From positions 69,312 through 133,311 of the forward strand of contig CAYUNN010000003.1 in assembly GCA_964445905.1 (NCBI GenBank): 64,000 nt of DNA. The letters are read 5' to 3'. Source of the stretch: an uncultured Candidatus Saccharibacteria bacterium (GTDB taxonomy: Bacteria; Patescibacteriota; Minisyncoccia; Minisyncoccales; JAGGXC01). The notes beneath the pieces were generated by a model. That model ran no database searches. It worked only from the letters and a program-made list of their open reading frames with translations, and had not been told where the DNA came from. The position numbers and the translations under genes are program-made. Positions 45,716 through 55,448 of the stretch are shown here, piece by piece (positions within the stretch are counted from its first letter, which is position 1; every line of letters starts with the position of its first letter).

Positions 45716-46032
45716 AAAATTAATAATTGTTGCCTGTGGAAAACTTAGGGAAAACTTAGAGGATAATTTTCCCTTGACTTATTTTCTGAAATATAATAAA
45801 TTGCTTACTACAAAGGTTAATTACATAAGATTGGAGGGATTGAACAGTGTGATCAATTTATCTTATTATTTGTTAAAATTTAATATTGAAAAAGGGAGTG
45901 TTGGTTCGCTATTGTGTGCGAATTTTTGTTTTCTTGATCTTTAGATAAAGCGTGAGCTTTGTCTTTTTATTTTTTAGAAGGACAAAGCTTGGACTTTATA
46001 TGTCCAAAAGATTAAAAAATTAAAGGTCGATA

Positions 46033-46111
46033 GAAGGGTAATTCTCTCTAGATTCTTTAGGGGGAGACGAGCGCTTAGGTCACGAAGAGACCTAGGGCAA
46101 AATTACTCTTT
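46033..46111 (+). ncRNA. Candidate three-way-junction cis-regulatory RNA
   Basis: P1 46033-46043/46101-46111 encloses hairpins 46044-46064 and 46071-46098. Confidence 0.4.
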
Positions 46112-46157
46112 GAAAATGTAAAAAAGGTTAAAAATAATTATTAAATCTTTAATATAT

Positions 46158-47472
46158 ATGAACAAAAAAATTATATTAAGTTTAAGCGTAATTGGTATCG
46201 TTGCAGCTATCGTTGTTGGCGGAACCGTTGCTTACTTCAGTGATACTGAAGTTAGCGAAGGCAATATCTTTACTGCCGGGACAATCAGTTACGCACTGGG
46301 TTGATGTTGAGAATAAAAGCTCTGAAATTCAGCCAATAGGAGTTGAGGTGATTGATTATTCTTCCTGTATTAGCGATTGTTTTTCCGAACAATTAGAATT
46401 AACAATTAGCAATGGTTCAGCAAGCTATACAGCATCTTTAGATGAATTCTTTACTGCGGGAAATATAAAACTTTCTGATTTAGCGGCTGGAAATACAACG
46501 AGATACTACTTTACTGTAACTTTCCTGCCAGAGTCCGGTAATAAATATCAGGAAAAAACAGTTAATTTTGATTTTAAGATTGGATCCCTGGGCAAAGAAT
46601 CTATTGGCGGTGAAATGGGCGGAGGAGAAACAGGTAATGGAGAAACAAGCGGAGACGGGGGTGGAGGATTCTTCATAACCGGTTTAACGATTTTTGAAGA
46701 AGCAGCTTCAGGCGTTGAAGAAAATGAAGTAATTATCAGTTGGAGAACAAATAAGTTTGCAACTAGCAGGGTAATTTATTCTTCAGAAAATCAATCTCAC
46801 ACTTTATTATTAGATAGTCCGCCGAATTATGGTTATTATGACTCAACTGAAGAAGATTCAACACCTAAAACAGTTCATCAAATGACTATTAGCGGATTAG
46901 AGCCAGAAACAACTTATTATTTTAGATGTGTTTCCCGGGGCTCTTTGGCGGTTAGCAAAGAACTTAGTTTTACTACTTCAAAGGCGGGAGACGAGAAAAT
47001 TGTTTTTCAGCCAATAGATTTTGAATCACCTTCAAGTCCTGATAGCCCTTCAAGTCCTGATAGTCCATCATCGATTTCTGGTATTTACGGTCAAGGAACT
47101 GGAGAAGAGGGCGATTCGGAAGAGGAGCTATCATTAGAAGAATATGAGGGTGTTGACGAAAAAGATGAAGGGTTTGGTAGCGCATTTTTAGCAACAATCG
47201 GTAAATTTTTTAACTCTGATAATTTCTGCTGGATTTTCTTTCTTCTTATAGTGGTATTAGTTATCGTATCTCTTATGTCAGAAAAGAAAGCTAAGGGAAA
47301 GAAAAAATGGATTCTGCTCCTTGTTATCATTTTAATGATCATTGCATATTATTTTTTATGCGGTTTTCTTTATTGGATTTTTATTATTGCCGCGATTACT
47401 TTGTTTATCTATCCTTTTATTAGAAAAGCAAAACTTTTAATTAAAAAAATAAAAAACAGAGAAAATCAGTAA
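46158..47472 (+). pseudogene. TasA/SipW-signal-peptide surface protein with FN3-like domain and TM anchor; frameshifted near 46272-46286
   Basis: Frame A: MNKKIILSL...TVAYFSDTEVSEGNIFTAGTI, stop at 46302-46304. Frame B continues LPGQSVTHWVDVEN...YQEKTVNFDF to 47472. Confidence 0.8.
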
Positions 47473-47577
47473 AGAAAATTAAAATTCAAGGTATTTAGAA
47501 TGCTTTACAGCATTTTTTTATTTGTTTTTTTTATTTTAATAATTTATAATTAAGTAATAATTAATAATAATTATTTT

Positions 47578-47955
47578 ATGGAAAAGAAAACTAAAATTTT
47601 AATGATTGAAGACGATCCCTTTTTCGGCAGACTATGCAGCAAGGCTTTGGAAGATGAAGGATATGATGTAGAAATAGCTCCTGACGGAGAAACAGGTTTA
47701 AATATAATAGAAAGGGTAGATCCTGATTTAATCCTTTTAGATATTATTCTTCCCAGAATGAATGGTTTTGAAGTATTGAAGAATATAAGGGAACATGAGA
47801 ATGAAAAAGTGGCTAATAAGAAAGTTATTATTTTGTCTAATCTTTACGCTAAAGAAGAAGAAGAGAAAGGAGAGAAATTAAGAGCCCAGGATTATTTAAT
47901 TAAAGCTAATGTTACTTCCGATGATTTATTAGAAAAAATTAAAAAAGTTCTGTAG
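47578..47955 (+). CDS. Single-domain response regulator
   Basis: IEDD, LLDIILP.MNG, IILSN, YLIK. Confidence 0.92.
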   Translation: MEKKTKILMIEDDPFFGRLCSKALEDEGYDVEIAPDGETGLNIIERVDPDLILLDIILPRMNGFEVLKNIREHENEKVANKKVIILSNLYAKEEEEKGEKLRAQDYLIKANVTSDDLLEKIKKVL

Positions 47956-47979
47956 TTTTTTCAAAAAAAGAAAGCTCTT

Positions 47980-48005
47980 AACCCGGATAAAATTATCCGG
48001 GTTTT
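47980..48005 (+). terminator. Terminator-like hairpin
   Basis: AACCCGGATAA-AA-TTATCCGGGTT followed by TT. Confidence 0.6.
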
Positions 48006-48020
48006 GTGTTAAAATGAAAG

Positions 48021-48884
48021 ATGATTTTGAAATTCTTAAAAAGAATTGCTCCTTTTATCTTGGGGGTTTTATTATTGGCTAACATTCTAGCTTGGCTTAC
48101 CGTTTATGAATTATCTCAACCTCAAATTCTTAAGATTTCTTTTTTTGATGTAGGCCAGGGAGACAGTATTTTTATCCAAACTCCTCAGGGCCACCAAGTT
48201 TTAATTGATGGGGGTCCTGATTCTACTGTTTTAGAAAAATTAGGCCAAGAGATGCCTTTTTGGGATAGAGATATTGATTTAATAATCCTTACCCATCCTG
48301 ACCATGATCATATCGCCGGGCTAATAGAAGTATTAAAGGTTTACGAAGTAGATAATATTTTATGGACGGGCGTCGCGGGGAATACCCAGCAATACGGAGA
48401 ATGGGAAAGGTGTCTTGAAGAGGAAAATGCTAGTATAATAATAGCTGAAAGCGGTCAAAAGATTATAATGGGAGATGTTTATTTTGAAGTGATTTATCCT
48501 TTTGAAAACTTAGAAGGAGAAGAAGTTAAAAACATTAATGATACTTCTGTCGTCGGCCGCCTGGTTTTTAAAAACAATTCTTTCTTTTTCACCGGGGATA
48601 TTTCTAAATCGGCAGAGAGGAAGATTGTTGAGAGCGGAGCTGAAATAAAATCAGACGTGTTAAAAGTAAGCCACCATGGGAGTAAAACATCTACTGCCGA
48701 AGAATTTGTTTTTAGTGTTTCTCCCGACTTAGCAGTTATCCAGGTAGGCAGAGATAACTCCTATGGGCATCCTTATCAGGAAGTCTTGGATACTTTAGAT
48801 AATTATGGTATAAAAATCCTAAGGACTGATATCCATGGAGACATTGAAATTTTAAGTGACGGTTTAAATTATGTTATAAAGTAA
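48021..48884 (+). CDS. ComEC/Rec2-type metallo-beta-lactamase domain protein
   Basis: DVGQGD, THPDHDHIAG, TGD, HHGS, YGHP. Confidence 0.92.
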   Translation: MILKFLKRIAPFILGVLLLANILAWLTVYELSQPQILKISFFDVGQGDSIFIQTPQGHQVLIDGGPDSTVLEKLGQEMPFWDRDIDLIILTHPDHDHIAGLIEVLKVYEVDNILWTGVAGNTQQYGEWERCLEEENASIIIAESGQKIIMGDVYFEVIYPFENLEGEEVKNINDTSVVGRLVFKNNSFFFTGDISKSAERKIVESGAEIKSDVLKVSHHGSKTSTAEEFVFSVSPDLAVIQVGRDNSYGHPYQEVLDTLDNYGIKILRTDIHGDIEILSDGLNYVIK

Positions 48885-48902
48885 TTTTTTTATTTTAAAA
48901 CT

Positions 48903-49964
48903 ATGGAATTTCCAATTTTTAAGACAAAAATGGAGGGTGTGGATAAAAGTTTTGATTTAACTAATCCGCAAGAACGAAAAGAATATTTTGAACTCAAAAC
49001 AGGGCCTGAGATAAAAAAGATTAAGAAATATTTAGAGAACAACAGTTTTATTGTTTACTTGTTAGGGAAAAAGAATTCTGGCAAGGGGACTTATGCGAAG
49101 ATGTTCGGTGAGATTGTTGGCTCTGATAAGGTTGCTCATGTCTCAATTGGAGATGTTGTAAGAGAAGTTCATGAAAATATTCTTTCCAGCGAAGAAGAAA
49201 AAGAAAAAATAGTGGGTTGGCTTAGAGAAAACTACAGAGGATATCTGTCAATGGATGAAATTATAAATTCTCTGTTAAATAGAAGTACAAAAACTCTGTT
49301 GCCCACAGAGTTTATTTTAGCTCTAGTTAAAAGAGAAATAGACAAGATGCCCAAGAAGTCTCTTTTTATTGATGGGTTTCCAAGAGATCTAGATCAAATA
49401 TCTTATTCCTTATTTTTTAGAGATTTAATTGATCACAGAAAAGATCCGGATATTTTTGTTTTAATCAGTGTTCCTGAAAATGTAATTAATGAAAGGATAA
49501 AGTGGAGAAGAATTTGCCCTTCTTGTAAGACCTCCAGGAACTTGAAGCTTCTTCCTACATCAAAGGTAGGACATAAAGAAGATAGATTTTATTTAATTTG
49601 CGATAATCCGGAATGTGAGAGCAAGAGAATGATAGCCAAAGAAGGGGATGAACAAGGGATAGGTCCGATAAGAGCTCGCTTAGACAAAGACGAAGAATTA
49701 ATTAAAAAAGCCATCTCTTTGCATGGCATTCCTAAAATTCTTTTAAGAAATTCAGTTTCGGTGGAAAAAGCAAATGAATGTATTGATGATTACGAAATTA
49801 CTCCAGAATATAGTTATAATTTAAAAGAAAATGGAGAAATAGAGATTATTAAAAAACCTTGGGAGATAGATAATGATCAAGGCATTCCTTCTTATAGCTT
49901 AATGCCTCCTCCTGTTGTTGTTTCAATGATAAAACAAATGGTAGAAGCGCTTAGAATTGACTGA
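48903..49964 (+). CDS. Adenylate kinase-like nucleoside monophosphate kinase (extended)
   Basis: GKKNSGKGT, IDGFPR, RRICPSC zinc lid. Confidence 0.8.
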   Translation: MEFPIFKTKMEGVDKSFDLTNPQERKEYFELKTGPEIKKIKKYLENNSFIVYLLGKKNSGKGTYAKMFGEIVGSDKVAHVSIGDVVREVHENILSSEEEKEKIVGWLRENYRGYLSMDEIINSLLNRSTKTLLPTEFILALVKREIDKMPKKSLFIDGFPRDLDQISYSLFFRDLIDHRKDPDIFVLISVPENVINERIKWRRICPSCKTSRNLKLLPTSKVGHKEDRFYLICDNPECESKRMIAKEGDEQGIGPIRARLDKDEELIKKAISLHGIPKILLRNSVSVEKANECIDDYEITPEYSYNLKENGEIEIIKKPWEIDNDQGIPSYSLMPPPVVVSMIKQMVEALRID

Positions 49965-50008
49965 TTTTTAGCTTGACTAGGGCGGCAGATAAGATAAAAT
50001 AGCATATA

Positions 50009-50149
50009 GCCCTACTGAAGTCTTCTAGTTAAATTCTGGGAACAAAATTATTCAGAGGGAGTCTAATATTTTCTTAGTCTGTGGACTAAGAGTGCGGACA
50101 CCCACTTGGATTCTTTTTCCAGAAAACTTCAGGAAGATAAAAGTAGGGC
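50009..50149 (+). ncRNA. 6S-like RNA (rod-shaped, with its own promoter and terminator)
   Basis: Ends GCCCTACT/AGTAGGGC pair, with further nested stems and a central bubble. TTGACT (49973) and TAAAAT (49995) lie upstream. Confidence 0.6.
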
Positions 50150-50158
50150 CTTGAATTT

Positions 50159-50181
50159 ACCCTTCTTTGAAGAAGGGTTTT
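50159..50181. terminator. Intrinsic terminator between convergent units
   Basis: ACCCTTCT-TTGA-AGAAGGGT followed by TTT. Confidence 0.75.
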
Positions 50182-51199
50182 AACGTAATTCTTTTAGTTC
50201 TTCTATAATGCTTTTCCAATCTAATGTTGTTGAATCAACTACATTCCAGAGGGTATATCTTTCCGGTCTTATTTCAGAAGCTTCTTTTAACCAATCCGGG
50301 TTAAACCTCCCATCTTTCAAGGGTTCTATTGCAAAATTGAGAACATTTTCTTTTTTCATTCCTTGAACTATTAAATCAAATATTTTCTTGGAATCAAATC
50401 TTAATTCTGGAAACTTCTCTGAGAACATTGAATAAATCTTTGCCGATATCAATGTTCCTGTTCCTGCCAATTGACCATGAAGATAAGTGTTTTGAAAGTT
50501 TTCTTCTAATAATCTTTCAAGTATGTGCTCCGAACCCGAGCAGTACCTTGATGTTTCTTCCATGGCCAGACCGGACAAAATTAAAGCATGGGCAAAATGC
50601 CTTTCTGTTTCAAAATTTACAAGTTTTGTTGCTTCAAAACTAAGATATTTGTATAAGCAGCTGAATTTCTCTCCTTTTTTCTCTGACAAGCTTAAGTCTT
50701 GAAGAGCAATATAATTTGAAAGAAGATCGCAGATTCCTGATTTTCTTAAATTACCCGAGTTTCTCCAGAGGTTTAAAGGAATAATTAATTCTTTTGGATA
50801 AACAGCCGGAATTGTTTTTCTCCTGTTCTCATTGTCATAAAGAGAACAGTTTTTTGAGATAAGGCCGTCATGAGAAGGGGCGGTAGGAAATGATATTAAT
50901 CTTATATCCAAATCGGCTGCTATTTTTTTTCCAACATCAATTGCTTTTCCTCCACCGATAGCAACAACCTCTTTTGCTCTTATATCTTTCATCTCTTCTT
51001 TTATAGTTTCTACGGTGTCAAGACTTGCTTTTTCTACTACGTGAAAAAAAAGAAACCCTGCGTCCTGTAGCAGGTTTCTGGTAAATTCGTTGTCGTTGGT
51101 AATAATTTCTTTTCTTCTTATTCTGTTAAGAGCTTTTTTCTCATTCTCGAAGAATCTTAGTTTTATTCCTCTTTGTCTGAGAAGTTTATTTATTCTCAT
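50180..51199 (-). CDS. sn-glycerol-1-phosphate dehydrogenase family (EgsA/AraM)
   Basis: GGGKAIDVGK, PTAPSHDGLIS, SRYCSGSEH and LHGQ motifs. Confidence 0.8.
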   Translation of the reverse strand: MRINKLLRQRGIKLRFFENEKKALNRIRRKEIITNDNEFTRNLLQDAGFLFFHVVEKASLDTVETIKEEMKDIRAKEVVAIGGGKAIDVGKKIAADLDIRLISFPTAPSHDGLISKNCSLYDNENRRKTIPAVYPKELIIPLNLWRNSGNLRKSGICDLLSNYIALQDLSLSEKKGEKFSCLYKYLSFEATKLVNFETERHFAHALILSGLAMEETSRYCSGSEHILERLLEENFQNTYLHGQLAGTGTLISAKIYSMFSEKFPELRFDSKKIFDLIVQGMKKENVLNFAIEPLKDGRFNPDWLKEASEIRPERYTLWNVVDSTTLDWKSIIEELKELR

Positions 51200-51206
51200 A
51201 AATAAG

Positions 51207-51280
51207 TCGGGGCACTGGGATTTGAACCCAGAATCTTACGCACCCCATGCGCAAATGTTAGCCAATTACACCATGCCCCG
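51207..51280 (-). tRNA. tRNA-Pro(GGG)
   Basis: Cloverleaf with CGGGGCA/TGCCCCG acceptor, TGCGC-ATGGGGT-GCGTA anticodon arm, CTGGG-TTCAAAT-CCCAG T arm; CCA not encoded. Confidence 0.95.
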
Positions 51281-51283
51281 TTT

Positions 51284-51475
51284 TTACTTCTTTTCTTTAG
51301 ATTGAGCTTTAATGCACTTAGCACAAGCTTTTATTCTTTTACCATCAGAAAGCTTAGTCCATTGCAAGTTGGGATGTTTTCTTTTTTTAGAAGTTGGATT
51401 ATATCTTCCACGGAGTTTCTTTCTTTTCTGAACGACAACTCCTTTTTTTCCACATATTTGACATTCTCTACTCAT
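51284..51475 (-). CDS. rpmB: 50S ribosomal protein L28
   Basis: MSRECQICGK...PNLQ...CAKCIK; ATG at 51475. Confidence 0.9.
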   Translation of the reverse strand: MSRECQICGKKGVVVQKRKKLRGRYNPTSKKRKHPNLQWTKLSDGKRIKACAKCIKAQSKEKK

Positions 51476-51559
51476 ATTTAACAATATATATGTTTTTAGA
51501 AAATTTGGCAAGGGTTAAAATTTTTGCTATTATTCTAAGATACTGTTAATAATAAAAAA

Positions 51560-52174
51560 ATGACTTATATATTTTTAATAGTTATTCTTATTTTTTCAAT
51601 TATAATTCATGAAATTGCTCATGGGGCAGCAGCTTTTCATTTAGGAGATCCCACTGCAAAGATGATGGGAAGGTTAAGCTTGAATCCTATTAAGCATTTA
51701 GATCCTATTGGATCAGTAATTGTTCCGCTTTTTCTTGTTATAGTTCAAAGTCCTATCCTAATTGGTTGGGCTAAACCTGTTCCTGTTAATCCTGCTAATT
51801 TTAGAGATCAGAAATATGGAGATGCTAAAGTTTCTTTGGCTGGTCCAGGAGTGAATATTTTAATTGCTTTGATATTTGGATTAATTTTGAGATTTACTTT
51901 TGGTTTTGGCAACCCTGAAGTTTATGTAATATTTAGCTATGTTGTTCTTATTAACTTAATTTTAGCAGTATTTAATTTAATACCAATTCCTCCTTTAGAC
52001 GGTTCTCATATTTTGTTTACTTTTCTGCCTGACTCCATGAATGAATTTAAAATATTTCTTCAGAGGTACAGTTTGTTTATTCTAATATTTTTTATATTCT
52101 TTTTTCTTCAGTTCCTGTTCCCTTTGATTACTTTCATTTATAAATTAATTGTCGGCGCTTCTCTTTCTTTTTAG
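51560..52174 (+). CDS. Site-2 protease family (M50) protein
   Basis: HEIAH and NLIPIPPLDG motifs. Confidence 0.95.
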   Translation: MTYIFLIVILIFSIIIHEIAHGAAAFHLGDPTAKMMGRLSLNPIKHLDPIGSVIVPLFLVIVQSPILIGWAKPVPVNPANFRDQKYGDAKVSLAGPGVNILIALIFGLILRFTFGFGNPEVYVIFSYVVLINLILAVFNLIPIPPLDGSHILFTFLPDSMNEFKIFLQRYSLFILIFFIFFFLQFLFPLITFIYKLIVGASLSF

Positions 52175-52267
52175 AAAATAATTCTTTATAAAACTATTGA
52201 CACAAATTGATTTATTTGTTAGTTTTAACTGCGAGCGCAGAGCGCTTGTTAATTTTTAAATATCATT

Positions 52268-52681
52268 ATGCCCACCATTCATCAATTAATTAAAAAAGGA
52301 AGAAAAGAAAAAAAGGCCGTTAAGAAAAGCCGGGCTTTGAAGTTTGGTTTTAATTCTTTAAAGAATAGGCCATCAGGATATCTAGCTCCTTTTAAAAGAG
52401 GAGTGGTTACTAAAATTTCTACAGTAACTCCAAAGAAACCTAACTCTGCCTTAAGAAAAGTTGCTCGAGTAAGACTAAGTAATGGAAAGGAAGTTTCTGC
52501 CTATATTCCTGGTGAGGGACATAACTTGCAAGAACATTCAGTAATTTTAATCAGAGGCGGAAGAGTCAAAGATTTACCAGGAGTAAGATATCATGTGGTA
52601 AGAGGGGTTTTGGATACAGGAGGCGTAGAAGGCCGAAAAAACGAAAGATCAAAATATGGAGCTAAGAAACCTAAATCATAA
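52268..52681 (+). CDS. rpsL: 30S ribosomal protein S12
   Basis: [23 protein letters not shown]. Confidence 0.99.
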   Translation: MPTIHQLIKKGRKEKKAVKKSRALKFGFNSLKNRPSGYLAPFKRGVVTKISTVTPKKPNSALRKVARVRLSNGKEVSAYIPGEGHNLQEHSVILIRGGRVKDLPGVRYHVVRGVLDTGGVEGRKNERSKYGAKKPKS

Positions 52682-52683
52682 TT

Positions 52684-53145
52684 ATGGCAAAAAAGAAAAA
52701 AATACCAATTTTACCGGATCCCATTTATGACAGTGTTGTTATTGCTAAGTTTATAAACCAGATAATGGAAAGAGGCAAGAAAACAGTTGCTGAAAGGATT
52801 GTTCACGAGGCCTTCGATGAAATAAAGATAAAAACAAAAAGAGACCCTGTTGAAGTTTTTGAACAGGCGATGCAAAATGCTTCCCCTTCTCTCGAGGTTA
52901 GGTCAAAGAGAGTAGGAGGAGCGACCTATCAGGTTCCTGTTCCCGTAGGAAAAGAAAGAAAATTAACCTTGGCCATGCGTTGGATAATTGGAGAGGCAAG
53001 AAAAAGAAAAGGAGAAAATATGGGGAAGAAGCTAGCTAAAGAATTGATGGAAGCATCAGAAAATACCGGCAAGGCAATTAAAAAGAAAAACGATGTCCAT
53101 CGAATGGCCGAAGCTAATCGTGCTTTTGCCCATTTTGCTTGGTAG
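52684..53145 (+). CDS. rpsG: 30S ribosomal protein S7
   Basis: RVGGATYQVP, HRMAEANRAFAH. Confidence 0.99.
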   Translation: MAKKKKIPILPDPIYDSVVIAKFINQIMERGKKTVAERIVHEAFDEIKIKTKRDPVEVFEQAMQNASPSLEVRSKRVGGATYQVPVPVGKERKLTLAMRWIIGEARKRKGENMGKKLAKELMEASENTGKAIKKKNDVHRMAEANRAFAHFAW

Positions 53146-53196
53146 GAATTAACTATTAACCCTTTTTTAAAACGGAGGGAATTTATTATTTAAATT

Positions 53197-55302
53197 ATGT
53201 TAAGAGAATATCCCATAGAAAAATACAGAGACATTGGAATTATTGCCCACATTGACGCTGGGAAAACAACAGTTTCTGAGCGAGTTTTGTTTTATACGGG
53301 AATTTCTCATAAGATTGGAGAGGTTCATGAGGGAGGGGCTATTATGGACTGGATGGTGCAAGAAAGAGAGAGAGGAATTACTATTACTTCTGCAGCTACT
53401 ACCTGTTTTTGGACTCCCGGAGCAACACAAAGAGTTAAGGGTCAGGAGTACAGAATAAATATTATTGATACTCCCGGACATATTGATTTTACTGTAGAAG
53501 TTCAGAGATCTTTGAGGGTTTTGGATGGAGCGGTAGTTGTTTTTGACGGAGTAGCGGGAGTGGAACCTCAGTCGGAAACTGTTTGGCGTCAGGCGGACAA
53601 ATTTTTAGTTCCCAGAATATGTTTTATTAATAAAATGGATCGAATGGGGGCTAATTTTGAAAAAAGTTTAAATTCAATTCATCAAAAATTAACAGATAAG
53701 GCAGTAGCCTTGCAATTGCCTATTGGAGAAGAAGAAAACTTTGAAGGAGTGATTGATTTGATAAAAATGAAAGCAATAAAATTCAAAGGTGATTTTGGAG
53801 AAAATTTAGTAGAAGAGGAAATTCCTAGTGACTTAAAGGGCGTGGCAGAAGAATGGAGAAAAAATATGCTTGAAAAAGTGGTAGCAGAAGACGGAGCTTT
53901 ACTTGAAAAATATTTAGCCGGAGAGGAAGTGCCTGAGCAGGACTTTAAATTAGCACTAAGAAAAGCTGTTTGTGATTATAAGCTGGTTCCTGTTCTCCTG
54001 GGTACTGCTTTGAAAAATAAAGGAATTCAGCCTTTGCTAGATGCTGTTTGCGAATACCTTCCTTCTCCTCTTGATTTACCTCCGGTAAAAGGAGTAGACC
54101 CACAAAGCGGAGAAGAAATTATGAGAGAACCAAGCGATTCCGAACCTTTTGCTGCCCTGGCTTTTAAGGTTGCTACAGATCCTTTTATGGGGACTCTTAC
54201 TTATTTCCGAGTTTATTCTGGAATTTTAAATAAAGGCTCTTATGTTTTAAACACAGCCACAGGAGAAAGAGAAAGAATCAGTCGATTAGTTTTAATGCAT
54301 TCTCATGACAGAGAAGAAGTAGATACTCTTTATGCTGGAGATATTGCTGCAACGGTAGGATTGAAAAAAACTTCTACTGGCAATACTTTATGCGACTTAG
54401 ATCGCCCAGTCGTTTTAGAAAATATTACTTTTCCAGAACCAGTAATTTCTATCAGGGTTGAGCCGAAGACTAAAGCAGATCAGGAAAAAATGGGGCTAGC
54501 TCTTAAAAAATTAGCCGATGAAGATCCTACCTTTAAGGTAAGGACAGACGAGGATACGGGCGAAACAATAATTTCTGGGATGGGAGAATTACACCTTGAA
54601 ATTATTACAGACCGTCTTAAAAGAGAATTTAATGTTGAAGCAAATATTGGCAGGCCCCAGGTAGCTTATAGAGAAACGATCAAGAAAGAAGCTGAAGCTG
54701 AAGGCAAGTATGTCAAGCAGTCAGGAGGAAGAGGTCAGTACGGACATGTCTATATCAGAGTTAAACCTAAAGAGAGAGGAGAAGGATATGGATTTAATGA
54801 TGAAATAAAAGGAGGAGTTATTCCCAAGGAGTTTATTTCGTCAATAGAAAAAGGAGTAAAAGAAGCTATGAGCAAGGGAGTATTAGCTGGCTATAACATG
54901 GTAGATATGGAAATTTCTTTGTTTGATGGTTCTTATCATGAAGTTGATTCTTCAGAGGCAGCTTTTAAAATAGCTGGTTCTATCGCTCTTCAGTCAGCAG
55001 TAAAGAGAGCCGATCCTGTATTGCTTGAGCCAACAATGAAATTAGCTATTACTATTCCTGCTGAGTTTTTTGGTGATGTAATAGGAGATTTGAGTTCCAG
55101 AAGAGCAAAGGTTGAAGAGACAGAAGACAGAGACAATGCTAAAATTATTAACGCTAAAACTCCTCTGTCTGGAATGTTTGGCTATGCTACTGATTTAAGG
55201 TCTTTGACGCAGGGAAGAGGTACCTTTACTATGGAGTTTAGCCATTACGAGGAAGTTCCTCGTAATATTGCTCAGGAGATTATTGAAGGAAGAAGAAGAT
55301 AG
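53197..55302 (+). CDS. fusA: Elongation factor G
   Basis: [26 protein letters not shown]. Confidence 0.99.
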   Translation: MLREYPIEKYRDIGIIAHIDAGKTTVSERVLFYTGISHKIGEVHEGGAIMDWMVQERERGITITSAATTCFWTPGATQRVKGQEYRINIIDTPGHIDFTVEVQRSLRVLDGAVVVFDGVAGVEPQSETVWRQADKFLVPRICFINKMDRMGANFEKSLNSIHQKLTDKAVALQLPIGEEENFEGVIDLIKMKAIKFKGDFGENLVEEEIPSDLKGVAEEWRKNMLEKVVAEDGALLEKYLAGEEVPEQDFKLALRKAVCDYKLVPVLLGTALKNKGIQPLLDAVCEYLPSPLDLPPVKGVDPQSGEEIMREPSDSEPFAALAFKVATDPFMGTLTYFRVYSGILNKGSYVLNTATGERERISRLVLMHSHDREEVDTLYAGDIAATVGLKKTSTGNTLCDLDRPVVLENITFPEPVISIRVEPKTKADQEKMGLALKKLADEDPTFKVRTDEDTGETIISGMGELHLEIITDRLKREFNVEANIGRPQVAYRETIKKEAEAEGKYVKQSGGRGQYGHVYIRVKPKERGEGYGFNDEIKGGVIPKEFISSIEKGVKEAMSKGVLAGYNMVDMEISLFDGSYHEVDSSEAAFKIAGSIALQSAVKRADPVLLEPTMKLAITIPAEFFGDVIGDLSSRRAKVEETEDRDNAKIINAKTPLSGMFGYATDLRSLTQGRGTFTMEFSHYEEVPRNIAQEIIEGRRR

Positions 55303-55304
55303 TG

Positions 55305-55332
55305 TTGACAAAAATTTTGAAATAGATAAAAT
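55305..55332 (+). promoter_or_regulatory. Internal promoter for tuf
   Basis: TTGACA (55305-55310), 16-bp spacer, TAAAAT (55327-55332). Confidence 0.55.
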
Positions 55333-55448
55333 AATTAAGTATAATAAAGATTACATTATAAAATAAATAATAATTAAGTAATGGACACTAAATAGTGAAC
55401 GCTGAACAATTTTTTGTTATTGTTCGTTATTCTTTGTCCTCTAATATT

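Noticed and set aside
46192-46270. TTG start and N-terminus given by the ORF track for the 426-aa protein
   Set aside because: This is an out-of-frame reading of the SipW-type signal peptide that starts at ATG 46158.
50009-50149. SRP RNA or tRNA identity for the rod-shaped RNA
   Set aside because: It lacks the SRP helix-8 GNRA loop with CAGG/AGCA internal loop and has no cloverleaf or T-loop.
55395-55448. N-terminal extension of EF-Tu from a GTG start
   Set aside because: The region is a hairpin leader; ATG 55449 gives the canonical MA..KF.R.KPH start.
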